DNA of 63,206 nt, the filler included, from Octopus bimaculoides (Eukaryota): assembly GCF_001194135.2 (NCBI RefSeq). It is 4 parts of 3 records of this genome, joined end to end, with 100 filler letters (N's around TTAATTAATTAA, not from the genome) between each part and the next. Parts side by side here need not be neighbours in the genome. Positions count along the whole stretch, not along the records: positions 35,247 to 60,070 come from NC_068982.1; 3 more parts are not named here. One strand, 5' to 3'. This document shows positions 40,099 through 51,610 of the stretch, in pieces. The position numbers and the translations under genes are program-made. The notes beneath the pieces were generated by a model that saw only the letters and a list, made by a program, of their open reading frames with translations, searched no databases and was not told the origin of the DNA. Each line of letters opens with the position of its first letter. Position 1 is the first letter of the stretch.

Positions 40099-40159
40099 AT
40101 GGCTATCGAATAAGTATCACATATTTTTACAGATATATATAAATGCACCCTTTTAAAGC

Positions 40160-40388
40160 TTAGCCAGGCTCATGGGCCCAGTTTCCCGGTTTCAATGGGG
40201 TATGTGTTCCCCAGCTGGACAGGACGCCAGTCCATCGCAGCATTACTCATTTTTGCCAGCTGAGTGGACTGGAGCAGTGTGAAATGAAGTGTTTTGCTCA
40301 AGAACACAACGCGTCGCCCGGTCCAGGAATCGAAATCACAATCTTACGATCATGGTGCTGACACCCTAACCACTATGCCACACGCCTC
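40160..40388 (-). mobile_element. SINE family E (CORE-like)
   Basis: Head GGAGGCGTGTGGCATAGTGG, TTGTGTTCTTGAGCAAAACACTTCA block, 3' module shared with family D; relative at 61395-61690. Confidence 0.8.
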
Positions 40389-40599
40389 CACATAGAAATA
40401 TATATATATTTCTTTATTTGTTTCAGCGATGTGGCTGTGATCATGCTGTAGCACCACCGTGGTTTTGCACTGTTATTTAAGATTGTTCTTTGGTTGATTT
40501 CCTCTGCCAGATCAGATTGGAGCCTGGTGCAGCCATCTGGTTCACCAGTCCTCAGTCAAATCGTCCAACCCATGCTAGCATGGAAAACGGACGTTAAAC

Positions 40600-40633
<34 letters not shown>

Positions 40634-40980
40634 TATCATTGCACTTACTGATTCCCAAGTCTTTCACTGCCTGTGATTCTGGGATTGCAGTGCCTTTAGG
40701 TCGGGTATATGCAGGCTGCAGAGTATTTTGTGAGTTAACAGTGCAGTGTATATATGCATAATACACACACATATGCACATATCTATATGTGTGTGTGTTT
40801 ATGTATATGTGCACATTTATGCATACATACACACACACATACATACATACATACATACATACAAACAAAAATACCCTGCTGCTGATGTTGAAATTCCAAT
40901 GAAGGAGCTTTGAATCTAGGTTAGAAACCAGCTCTTTCTCTATTGGCAAGAAATCTTGAAATAAAACTGAACAATGACAT

Positions 40981-41131
40981 ACATTATTTACATTATTTAC
41001 CTTTGACGGATATTTGTCCTCATCTTGTTTGTTGTTAACATAAAGTTTCGGCTGATATACCCTCCAGCCTTCATCAGGTGTCTCGGGGAAATTTCGAACC
41101 TGGGTTCTCATTCCTAAGGTATTTTTCGATG

Positions 41132-41203
<72 letters not shown>

Positions 41204-41272
41204 TCACTGCCTGGAATCGAACTTGGAATCTTGGGATTAGTAGCTCGTACTCTTAACCACTATGCCACATGC
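40981..41272 (-). mobile_element. tRNA-headed SINE-like element containing a hammerhead motif
   Basis: A box TGGCATAGTGG (41267-41257), B box AGTTCGATTCC (41223-41213), internal (TAA)n, then GACAC-CTGATGA-A-GGCTG..CAGCC-GAAAC-TTT-ATGTT. Confidence 0.7.
41037..41082 (-). ncRNA. Minimal type I hammerhead motif with A9.1 insertion
   Basis: Intact CUGAUGA and GAAAC, 5-bp stem II GGCUG/CAGCC; two substitutions from an ideal motif (position 16.2 and first pair of stem I). Confidence 0.65.
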
Positions 41273-41635
41273 CCATGGGCATACATACGCACACACACAC
41301 ACACACGCACACACACACACGCGCACACACGCGCACACACACACACAAGCACACACACGAGCACATGCACACACACATACACACATACTCGAGCACACAA
41401 CACACACGAGCACACAACACACACGAGCACACACACACATGCATATATGTATGTATGTATGTATGCAAATGTATATTCATGTGTGTACAAGTATATATGT
41501 ATCTTTGGGATTTATTAAAATTTTTTTCCCCCTGCATTGTTCAAGCCAGTCACAAACAAAGTGGACAGGCTCTTTTGTTTAAGCCAAGATAGCTCTTAGA
41601 TTTTATAGCTACCTGCATTTGTTGATGTATGCATG

Positions 41636-41670
<35 letters not shown>

Positions 41671-42219
41671 TTGTGTTTGTGTGCGTCTGTGTATGTGTGT
41701 GTGTGTGTGTGNNNNNNNNNNTTTGTGTGCGTCTGTGTATGTGTGTGTGTGTGTGTGTGTGTGAGTGTGTGTGTGTGTGTGTGCATGCATGTGGATAAAT
41801 TTTATTCATGGTTGTGTGTGTGTAATGATAGAATACAAATGTATGTTTTCTTACTGTTTATGTGTATACCTTAGTATACATTCCATATTCATGTGACTGT
41901 GGGCATATGTTCACCTAAGACCTCAGAAAATTCTTGGAATGTTTTTACAAATTTTTGTTGTTCTTCCAATCTACTGTATAAGGAATATGCAAATCCTACC
42001 ATTTTTAGCAACATTAAAAACATGTTTTAAAATTTGTGAATAAAATGGGAAAATAACTACTAAAGTGCTCTTCTTAGAGGCTGTCATGAAAATGATGATG
42101 TCTTTTGATTATATTCCTTCTTGATGGCCTCACTAGCCTGATTAGTGCTTTCTCAATGATGAACCACTTCATTCCATTCCTAAGAACATTTTGTCTTCTT
42201 TGTAAATAGTATATTTTAA

Positions 42220-43100
42220 TTTTACATATGGCTACTGAAATAAAAAATAAAAAATCGGTCTGCACTGCCCTTTTTTTGGATAACTCATGCATTTTTATCC
42301 TCCTGTGCAAATCTGTTGTGCACCAATGATGATGATGATCATCATCATCTTCATCATTTAATGTCTACTTTCCATACTGGCATCAGTTGGACAGTTTGAC
42401 GGACCAGCAAATCAGAAGAATATACCAAGATCCACTGTCTGCCAAGGTATGGTTTCTATGGCCCTTCCTAAGGCCAACCATTTTACAGTGTGCATTGGGT
42501 GTTTTATGTGGCAGTAGCAGCAGTGAGGTCACCAAATAACTTATGAAAATCTATAGCCTGGATAAAAAAGCTGTTAGTTTCTTTTCAGTTGTCCATAGAT
42601 GCTACCCTTTTCTCAAACTTTTGAAGAGACATTCACATTCACTGATCTCTAAAATGGTGCACAACTTTTACTCACTGTCCATACTACCTTATCTGGCTTG
42701 TGTTTACATCAAGCTGTTGTTTTATTGGAATATTCTGCAAGTATTCTTTATTTTTGAATGTGTTGATACTTTTTAGTTCTGGTGTGCCCTTGGTATCACT
42801 TTCAGGACAATCTTTTCTCTGTGTAGCATTGGAGAAAATTTCAGTGACAATGTCATGTCTCATGGAAAGGTAATATCTTGCTGACATTTTTGGGCAGCTG
42901 CTGATGATATGAGTGATACCTTCCAAACTGACATGGCATAATCAACACTTTCTATCAAAGAGCAGTGGTTTAGAGACATCCTTATCTTTTTGTTGATCAA
43001 GTATTTAGTAGCTGTCTCCTATTTTTGAAAAGAAGAATTGAATTTTACTGAAGGAAAATCCATTTTATTTTTTCTGTGAACCTCTCTTGGTTATCTGAAA
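42220..43100 (-). mobile_element. R4/Dong-like (RLE) LINE 3' fragment
   Basis: C..CH..LEGITHIISSCPKMSARYYLSMRHD (CCHC knuckle) followed by PIK..NT.PD endonuclease region; interrupted by a SINE at 42345-42535. Confidence 0.75.
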
Positions 43101-44506
43101 AAAAAAAAAAAACATTAAGACATAAGTGTTTGATGTGAAATAATAGATTAAGAATTCAGGCTTTTTCCAGCCCATCCCAAGGGTATTAACCTAGACTACA
43201 CACCCAACTCCATTACATATAAACTGTTTCTTAATTTTATATATATGACATATATGACACTAAATAGAAGTGGCTGTCAGAACCTAGAAGTTTTAAGAAC
43301 TTTGTTATAAGTAAATAAAAAATAAAAAATATATATATGTAGGTGCAGGGGCGTGTATGTGTGGTAAGAAGTTTGTTTCCCAACCACATGGTTCTGGGTT
43401 CAGGTTCACTGTATGGTACTTTAGGCAAGTGTTTTCTACTATAGCCTTGAGTCAACCAAAGCTTTGTAAATGGATTTAGCAGATGGAAATTGAAAGAAGC
43501 CCATTGTATAAATATGTGTGTGTGTGTGTGTGTGTGTTTGTGTCTGTGTTTCCATTATTTTGTCCAGTGCGTAACTGGTACTTAAATTATCGACCTCGAA
43601 ATGATGAAAGGCAAAGTCGACCTCGGTGGAATTTGAACTCAGAACGTAAAGACAGACAAAATACCGCTAAGCATTTCACCCGGCGTGCTAACGACTCAGC
43701 CAGCTCGCCTTAGGCTGGGGTGCTGATGCTTCTCCTTTCTCTATCCACTATCTTTGGTGCTTGACATTTTTATACAGAACCCATTTCTTGTCACCAGTCA
43801 CTATTCAGTCCAGCTTCTTTCAGTTTCTGTCTACCAAATCCACTCGAGGATACAGTAGAAGACACTCGTCCAAGATGCCATGTGGTGGAACTGAAACTGG
43901 AACCATATGGTTGGGAAGGAAGGTTCTTGCCACACAGCCATGCCTGCACGGTATGAACTGTCTTTTAATTTTGTTTATTTAACACAAAATAGCAATAAAG
44001 AATATAAACAATTTTTTAAAAAAATTACATACAAAAAAATGTGAATTTTCAACTTTTTAAATTAATTTAAGAATAAAAAATTTCTGTTTTAAGAGAATAA
44101 CATATAAATATACAAAAACTTTGAAAATAATATTTTAATTCTTTAGACAGAAATCAGTGTTAGCGATCAATTTTTGAAAAATGAAATTCAAATAAAAAAA
44201 TATCATTATTTATACTTAACAAAACATCTTTTATATCTTTTGTTCCATTAGTTTGTAACCTTTGAAGTTACATAGCATTTCAGCATATATGGATCAAAGG
44301 ATGTGAAATAATGTTCATTGTTGCCTACATACAAACTTTATTTTATACTTTAAAATGTTTCTACACACTTTTTTAATTGAAAAATCTTTGATCAATTCTT
44401 AAGCAGTGCAACCCTGCAGATTACATCGTTCAATGACTACATCAACAAAAAGTCATCTCAATTTGGAGATCCAAGGCCTGTGATTTATATATATATATAT
44501 ATATAT

Positions 44507-44705
44507 AGGCAGAATTCACAAAAAAAAAGCAAAAGACGAAGACAGGTAGTGTAGAAAACAAGCAGATGTATTAGCTCGGGAAGTGAAAAAGTCTTTAATG
44601 TTTCGAGCCTACACTCTTCCACAGAAAGGAACACAGAAAGAAACAAGGAGAGAAACATGGAGAGAAAAAAAAGGGAATGTGTAGTGGTTAGCGATCTATC
44701 ATGGT
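44507..44705 (-). mobile_element. Short Penelope pLTR-like repeat flanked by (TA)n on both sides
   Basis: Second copy of the 4480-4661 family. Confidence 0.6.
44592..44629 (-). ncRNA. Degenerate minimal hammerhead motif, CUGUGGA core
   Basis: Minus: CCTTT-CTGTGGA-A-GAGT-gta-GGCTC-GAAAC-ATT-AAAGA. Confidence 0.5.
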
Positions 44706-45408
44706 GATATATATATATATATATANNNNNNNNNNNNNNNNNNNNNNNNNNNNNNNNNNNNNNNNNNNNNNNNNNNNNNNNNNNNNNNNNNNNNNNNNNN
44801 NNNNNNNNNNNNNNNNNNNNNNNNNNNNNNNNNNNNNNNNNNNNNNNNNNNNNNNNNNNNNNNNNNNNNNNNNNNNNNNNNNNNNNNNNNNNNNNNNNNN
44901 NNNNNNNNNNNNNNNNNNNNNNNNNNNNNNNNNNNNNNNNNNNNNNNNNNNNNNNNNNNNNNNNNNNNNNNNNNNNNNNNNNNNNNNNNNNNNNNNNNNN
45001 NNNNNNNNNNNNNNNNNNNNNNNNNNNNNNNNNNNNNNNNNNNNNNNNNNNNNNNNNNNNNNNNNNNNNNNNNNNNNNNNNNNNNNNNNNNNNNNNNNNN
45101 NNNNNNNNNNNNNNNNNNNNNNNNNNNNNNNNNNNNNNNNNNNNNNNNNNNNNNNNNNNNNNNNNNNNNNNNNNNNNNNNNNNNNNNNNNNNNNNNNNNN
45201 NNNNNNNNNNNNNNNNNNNNNNNNNNNNNNNNNNNNNNNNNNNNNNNNNNNNNNNNNNNNNNNNNNNNNNNNNNNNNNNNNNNNNNNNNNNNNNNNNNNN
45301 NNNNNNNNNNNNNNNNNNNNNNNNNNNNNNNNNNNNNNNNNNNNNNNNNNNNNNNNNNNNNNNNNNNNNNNNNNNNNNNNNNNNNNNNNNNNNNNNNNNN
45401 NNNNNNNN

Positions 45409-45460
<52 letters not shown>

Positions 45461-45505
45461 ACGCACACACGCACACACACACACATGCATACACACATAT
45501 ATATA

Positions 45506-46865
45506 TGAGGGGAAGTCAAAAATTATCCATACTTTTGCCATAACATATCTTTATTATTGTCACACTGCCTTCTGCACATGCATGCTTATAGTTGGTACTA
45601 TTGTGGTAATGTGATTGAAACCATTAACCAATTGGGTTTTAAGGTGCTGCAACACCCTGCCTACAGCTCAGATCTCACCCCTTCCAACTATCATATTGGA
45701 CCGCTCAAAGATGGTTTATGCGATCGTCGACTATGGATGAAGATGCGAAGGAAGTAGTGCATAAATGGTTGCACAACCAACTGTAAACCTTCTTTTTGAA
45801 GGAAATACGCAAGCTTGTGGACACTGGACCAAGTGCATTAAAAAGTAAGGAGACTATATAGAAAAATGACGAACTTGTTTATCCCTTGCTTTTGTGTAAA
45901 TACAGGGGTTGGACAAAATAATGGAAACGCCTTAAAATTTCAAACAAATTTATTTTAATATGGGGTAGGACCGCCTTTGGCAGAAATTACAGCTTCTATG
46001 AGGTATGGACTCGTACAAAGTTTGAATTGTTTCCAAAGAGATTTTTGTCCATTCTTCTGCTAAAACAGTCTCCAGTTCTTGTAGTGATGATGGTGGAGGA
46101 TATCGACTCCTCACTTGTTTTTTTAAATGTTCTATAATCTGGGGAATGTGGTGGCCAGATAAGATCTGGGGACTGTGGTGGCCAGATAAGATGTTCAACT
46201 TCACTACAATGTTCTTTGTGCCATTCAGTAACAACTTTAGCTGTTTGAATTGGTGCATTATCATCCTGAAAGATTGCATTTCCCTCCAGAAACAGTTCTG
46301 CAACCATAGGATGAATTTGATGAGATAAAATGCTTAGTCTTGACTATTAATTCTGCCATGAAGGGAAACCATTGTGCCAGTGGATTTCCAAAATATAACC
46401 CACACCAGATCATCACAGATCTTCCTCCATGTTTAACAGTTAAAAGAAGGCAGTGTGGGTCAAATGCTTCTTTTGGTGGTATACTTGGCTGGTGGTCAGA
46501 AATAAGGTAAAGGATTACTTGTCCAAGAAAGTAACATTCTTCCACTACTCTAGGGACCAATTCTATAGGTTTTTACTCCACTCTAAACACTTTTCAATGT
46601 TTGTTTTTGAAAGTAGTGCTTTTCTGATTGCAGCCCTCCTGTGAAATCCAGCTTTATGCAGCTCCTGGCAAACAGTTTTTGTGGAAACTGGGTTCTCGAG
46701 TTGGTCATTAAGCTCTGCATCAAAAAACATAAAAATAAACAAGCTTTTGACAGTTTTATAGATATTTAAAACTTATGATACAATGGTGCTCAGTGTTTCC
46801 ATTATTTTGTCCAATCCCTGTACATTATAAAAACAAGAGTGCGTATAATTTTTGACTCTACTTCA
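45506..46865 (+). mobile_element. Mariner element (3' remnant) split by a nested Tc1
   Basis: Matching ends TA-TGAGGGGAAGTCAAAAATTAT / ATAATTTTTGACTCTACTTCA-TA; HPAYSSDLTPSNYH (YSPDLAPSDY motif) and W.KCI..GDYIEK*. Confidence 0.9.
45903..46820 (-). mobile_element. Tc1-like DD34E element, 26-bp TIRs, TA TSD
   Basis: TIR CAGGGGTTGGACAAAATAATGGAAAC (one mismatch); TVKHGGRSVMIW, FQDDNAP and WPPQSPDL motifs; frameshifted, with a 27-bp internal tandem duplication near 46137-46190. Confidence 0.95.
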
Positions 46866-47815
46866 TACATATGATTTTTCTTTGAGTTTTATTTAAGTTC
46901 TTCTTGAGAGAGTTCAAGCTAGTCAATAACAAACGACAAAAACTTTTGAGTTCAGAGAGATCCCAGTGTTTTTAAATATATGGTTGAGTTGGTTAAAACG
47001 TAGATGTGTATACCTAAGTGTGCATTTATTCACATAATAATTTATGTATGTATAGTGTTCCCAAAAGGATTAAAGACAAAGTTTACCGTTATGAAATTTG
47101 AACACAGAATTCAAGTGGAGTAAATACTTTGTGACATTCAACCCAACACTGCAACAAACTGCTGTATTTTAAATATGATATGAAATAAACTCATTTTGCA
47201 GTACATTGGAGCTGTTGCAGTATTTTGACAATTACTAATAAATGTAATTTTCCCCCCATGGACCAAAAAATAAATTTTTCTAACCGGTTTCAAATCTTAT
47301 TGATGGTAATCAATGACAGGATACCACTGGATTTGTTCTGGGAGAGAAATATAACTAACAGTTACTAAAGTTAGGGTGTTCACTCAAGCTATTAGTTTGA
47401 TTTATACAAATAGTGCTACGCTGGTAATTTATTCAAATTAATTACTTAAATTAATTTAAATTACTTTACCTTGTACAACACTGTAGATATAGAAGAGAAT
47501 GAATGCAGTTTAACACATAATTAACATCGATATATTGCCAATATAGTACCATTTATGCAAATCAAACTGATCAGTTAAGCAAAGTCTCCATATTTTGTGA
47601 CTATGCATATAGTTAATAGCTATATTTCCCTCTCAGACAGACCATATGGTATTGTATCTCAGATAAGAATCAAATGAGATTTGAATCTATTCAGATAGAT
47701 CTGTTTCCTCTGTTTATAGGGAGAAAGAAAATGGTATTTATTTACAATGGTAACATTACAGTAATGGTTTCTGTGTGTGGCAAAAAAAAACCCCCCACTT
47801 TACCATGAAGTACAA

Positions 47816-47909
<94 letters not shown>

Positions 47910-47919
47910 TTCGGTGTGA

Positions 47920-48410
47920 ATGTTTTTTTTTATACGGTGCCATTTTTACAATCTTGTAAATAATAATAATGGTATTTTTATAAGCTTAAAGCTTTTGGTG
48001 ATCATCGTGCAATGACTAAGGAAATAGTCTAATAAAGGGGCATATAAGCCCTCGACAGCAAAAAGAAGGCTTTCCTATCTGCATGGGAGTCAAACCCGCA
48101 CCCCTTTATTAATATGACGAAGTGTGTTACCTTTACATCAGTGAATCAGCCTCCTTTTCCTGTCAAATTTAAGAACTATAATAGTTTGTGTTTGTTTTTT
48201 TTATATGTAAACAGATTTTCTATATGCTTTTGGTATGAATGTTTTTTTTATATGGCGCCGTTTGTAAATAATAATAATGACATTTTTATATAAGCTTAAA
48301 GCTTTTGGTGATCATCATGCAATGACTAAGGAAAATAGTCTAATAAAGGGAACATATAAGCCCTTGAAAAAAAAGAAGGCTTTCCTATTCGTGTGAGAGT
48401 CAAACCTACA
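47920..48410 (-). mobile_element. Tandem pair of a further tRNA-headed SINE-like repeat
   Basis: ~185-bp direct repeat (47925-48110, 48235-48410); first copy has GGTTTGACTCC B-box-like motif on minus. Confidence 0.55.
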
Positions 48411-48583
48411 TGTAGATTGGTTTGTTGGGGTAGGATGTGTGAAAAGTTTTTTTGTTATATGTGGGTGGAACACACAAGTCAGGGCTAGAGGATAGCAATG
48501 ATACAGTGTGACAAGACCAAGAGGACAGGATTGGGGAGTCTTTTCACTTGCATGCTACATTTAATTCCTCTAATATATATATG

Positions 48584-48666
<83 letters not shown>

Positions 48667-48683
48667 GTGTGTGTGTGTATGTA

Positions 48684-48902
48684 AATAGCACCATTTGAAC
48701 GGAATCGTTACCAGCGTAACCTTCAAGCACTTGTGCTGGTAGCACGTAAAAAACACCTTTTTGAGCATGGCCGTTGCCAGAACCATGTGACTGGCCCTCG
48801 TGCTGGTGGCACGTAAAAGCACCCACTACACTCTCGGAGTGGTTGGCGTTAGGAAGGGCATCCAGCTGTAGAAACTCTGCCAGATCAGATTGGAGCCTGG
48901 TG
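48684..48902 (+). mobile_element. SINE family C (GGAAGGGCATCCAGCTGTAGAAAC core, (GAT)n tail)
   Basis: Shared blocks; copies at about 36857-37040(-), 40505-40630(+), 42345-42535(-), 61845-62040(+). Confidence 0.85.
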
Positions 48903-49521
48903 NNNNNNNNNNATATATATATATATATATACATGCAAATATACACATGAATATGTATGTGTGTATGAGTTTGAGTATACCCTTTTCTAGACATTATGTG
49001 ATAGCTGCAAATGGCCATCATTGACATACAAGCAAAGTTGTTTTCTTCCAGTTTTCTGTGGAAAACATGTCTGGCTACAGGAAACTATGACCTTCTTTGG
49101 AAACTGGGGAGAATTGGCATCAGGCTGTAGAAAATCTGCCTCAACAAAACCTATGTGACCCATACAAGAATTGAAAAGTGGGTGTTAAATGATGATGATG
49201 ATGATAATGTGGAAGAGGAGGAGGAGGTGTGTGTGTGTGTGTGTCTTTATTCCATTATAACAAATACCTATATAAATTTTTCAGTAAAGTGAAATTTGCT
49301 TCAGTCCTTGTTGTAATCCTATTGAAACTATGTTGAAAGAGCCTCAGTTTCACAAATTTCATTACAATGAATATCTCAGTTCAACAAAACAAAATGGAAC
49401 CTTTGTAAAACAAAATCTGCTTGTGTGTGCGTGCCTGCCTGCCTCTGTGTGTGTGTGTGTGTGTGTGTCAGTCTGTCAGTTTGTCTGTCTGTTTGTCTGT
49501 CTCTCTCTCCCTCTCTCTCTC

Positions 49522-49567
<46 letters not shown>

Positions 49568-50799
49568 CATACATATATCTTTTACTGTTCGAAATAGAAA
49601 TTTTGCAAAACCAAAAGAAAAGTTTTGATCCACATTATTCTTTGTACATTTACTAAAAATATACAAATTTTAATAGTCAGGTCAGTGAGGCATCAGAATT
49701 TATCAATTTGTCAAACATTATTAAAACCAAAAGCTTTCCAACCATGACCCTTCCACCATTTTTATGGAATCAGAGCTTTATTTTTTTATTGTTTTATTAT
49801 TATTCTCTCTCTCTCTCTCGCTCTCTTTTTTTTTTTTAATTTTTCAATCATAATATGTTGACTCTTTTTATAGATTCAAAGATTATGGTTTCACATTTTT
49901 GCACAAGTCTAATAATTTTTAAGGGGAGGGATCTAGCCAGTTGCATCAACTCTTGTACTCAATTGGTACTTGCTTTGTTGACCCTGAAAGGATGAAAGGT
50001 AAAGTTGACCTTGGTGGTATCTAAATTCAGAATCCAAAGAACTGAAAAAAATGTTGTGAAGCATTTTGTTTGATGCACCAAAAATTCTGTCCGCTTGTTG
50101 CAATGAGTGGCTTCAGTCATGTGCTAATCCAGTCTCTTTTGCTCTTGCCTTTTTATATTCCAGAGATAATAAAAATGAAAGTGTTCCAACTGTGACCATC
50201 CTTTCTTTATGCTAAATTCAAATTTTAACTCAAAAAGAGACAATATAAATTTTAATTAATAAACAAATGATATGAATCAAAATTAATGAAATTTATACTT
50301 CACGATAAAATAATTTAATGTGTACAACTATAATAATGATAAATGCTAAATTAATAAAAGCAGTTTATGAAAAATCACAATAGATACTTTTTTATCATGT
50401 ATCAGAATGCATGCAATCGTTTGATTCCAAATAGACGGCTGATTGTTAAATGAAGAAATGTTCATTGTACCTGTTTTTGATAAGGAAAAAAGACACATTA
50501 GAACCACTGGCAGAGAACTATCAGACATTTGTGTAATGTCAGACAGATGTATAGCAGGAATAGCAGGAACAGAAGCGTCTTTAATTTTTTGGTAATCTCA
50601 TTACTTTACCTTTTATCTTCTACTTGTTTTGGTCATTGGACTGTGGCCATGCTGGGGCACCACCATAAAGGGTTTAATTGAAGAAACCAACCCAATGCTT
50701 ATTTTTAAGTTTGGTTCTTATTTAGTCATACACTTTTGCCGAATTGCTTAGTTACAGGGATGTAAACAAACTTACACCAGTTGTCAAGCACAAAGTCAT

Positions 50800-50845
<46 letters not shown>

Positions 50846-51001
50846 GTATATGTACAATATATGTATGTATATATGTATATACATACATGCACAAAATACA
50901 TATACATATATATATACATATATACATACATACATACANNNNNNNNNNNNNNNNNNNNNNNNTATACATTTATTACATATGTATGTCTATGTATGTATGT
51001 G

Positions 51002-51033
<32 letters not shown>

Positions 51034-51357
51034 GCGCACATGCATGTGTGTGCACATACATGCATTTATGTCTCCTTGTCTTGACATCATGCCATGGTTG
51101 TAAGCGAGTGTTGCCACGATACAAATGATGTAATTCATTTCCAGTTTTCCACGAAAACATCTGGTCAAGAAAAAAAATAATACCTTACTTCGAACACAGG
51201 TAAAAGTTGGCAACAGGATGAGTATCCAGTCACAAAAACCCGTGCCAAACGAAAACAGAATAGAAAGGGGTGATTGCTTGGCAAAGCCGAGGAGAGCAGC
51301 AAACCAAACAAGAACTGATTTTGGACCGTGAGGATGTGTATCGAAACCAGATCTAAA

Positions 51358-51610
51358 ATGATGATGATGATGATGATGGTGATGATAATGATGATGGTGA
51401 TAATGATGATGAAGGTGATGATGATGATGGTGATGATAATGATGATGATGATAATGATGGTGATGATAATGATGGTGATGATGGTGATGATGATGATGAT
51501 GGTGATGGTGATAGTGATGCTGCTGCTGCTGCTGCTGATGATGATGATGAGGAAGACGACAATGACAATGAGGAAGACAATGATGATGACGATGATGAAG
51601 ATGATAGTGA
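51358..51610. repeat. Compound trinucleotide microsatellite (GAT/GGT/GCT)
   Basis: Directly visible; similar compound arrays at 24862-25005 and 56428-56630. Confidence 0.95.

Larger units (their letters stand above)
39881..40134. repeat. ~254-bp near-perfect palindrome (fold-back) carrying two HHRs
   Basis: Arms 39881-40006 and 40010-40134 are reverse complements with 9 substitutions and 1 indel by my alignment; 3-nt centre. Confidence 0.95.

Noticed and set aside
39881-40134. Integrated viroid or viroid-like replicon
   Set aside because: The two polarities arise from inverted duplication of one HHR, not two independent ribozymes in a rod genome; no evidence of circularity or RNA replication in the sequence
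40870-40980. Hammerhead on the plus strand (CCAATGA..GAAACC)
   Set aside because: Two core mismatches, and I could not build stems I and III
47722-47752. Plus-strand 30-nt exon GERKWYLFTM
   Set aside because: Good acceptor but weak donor, and no partner exons found on that strand
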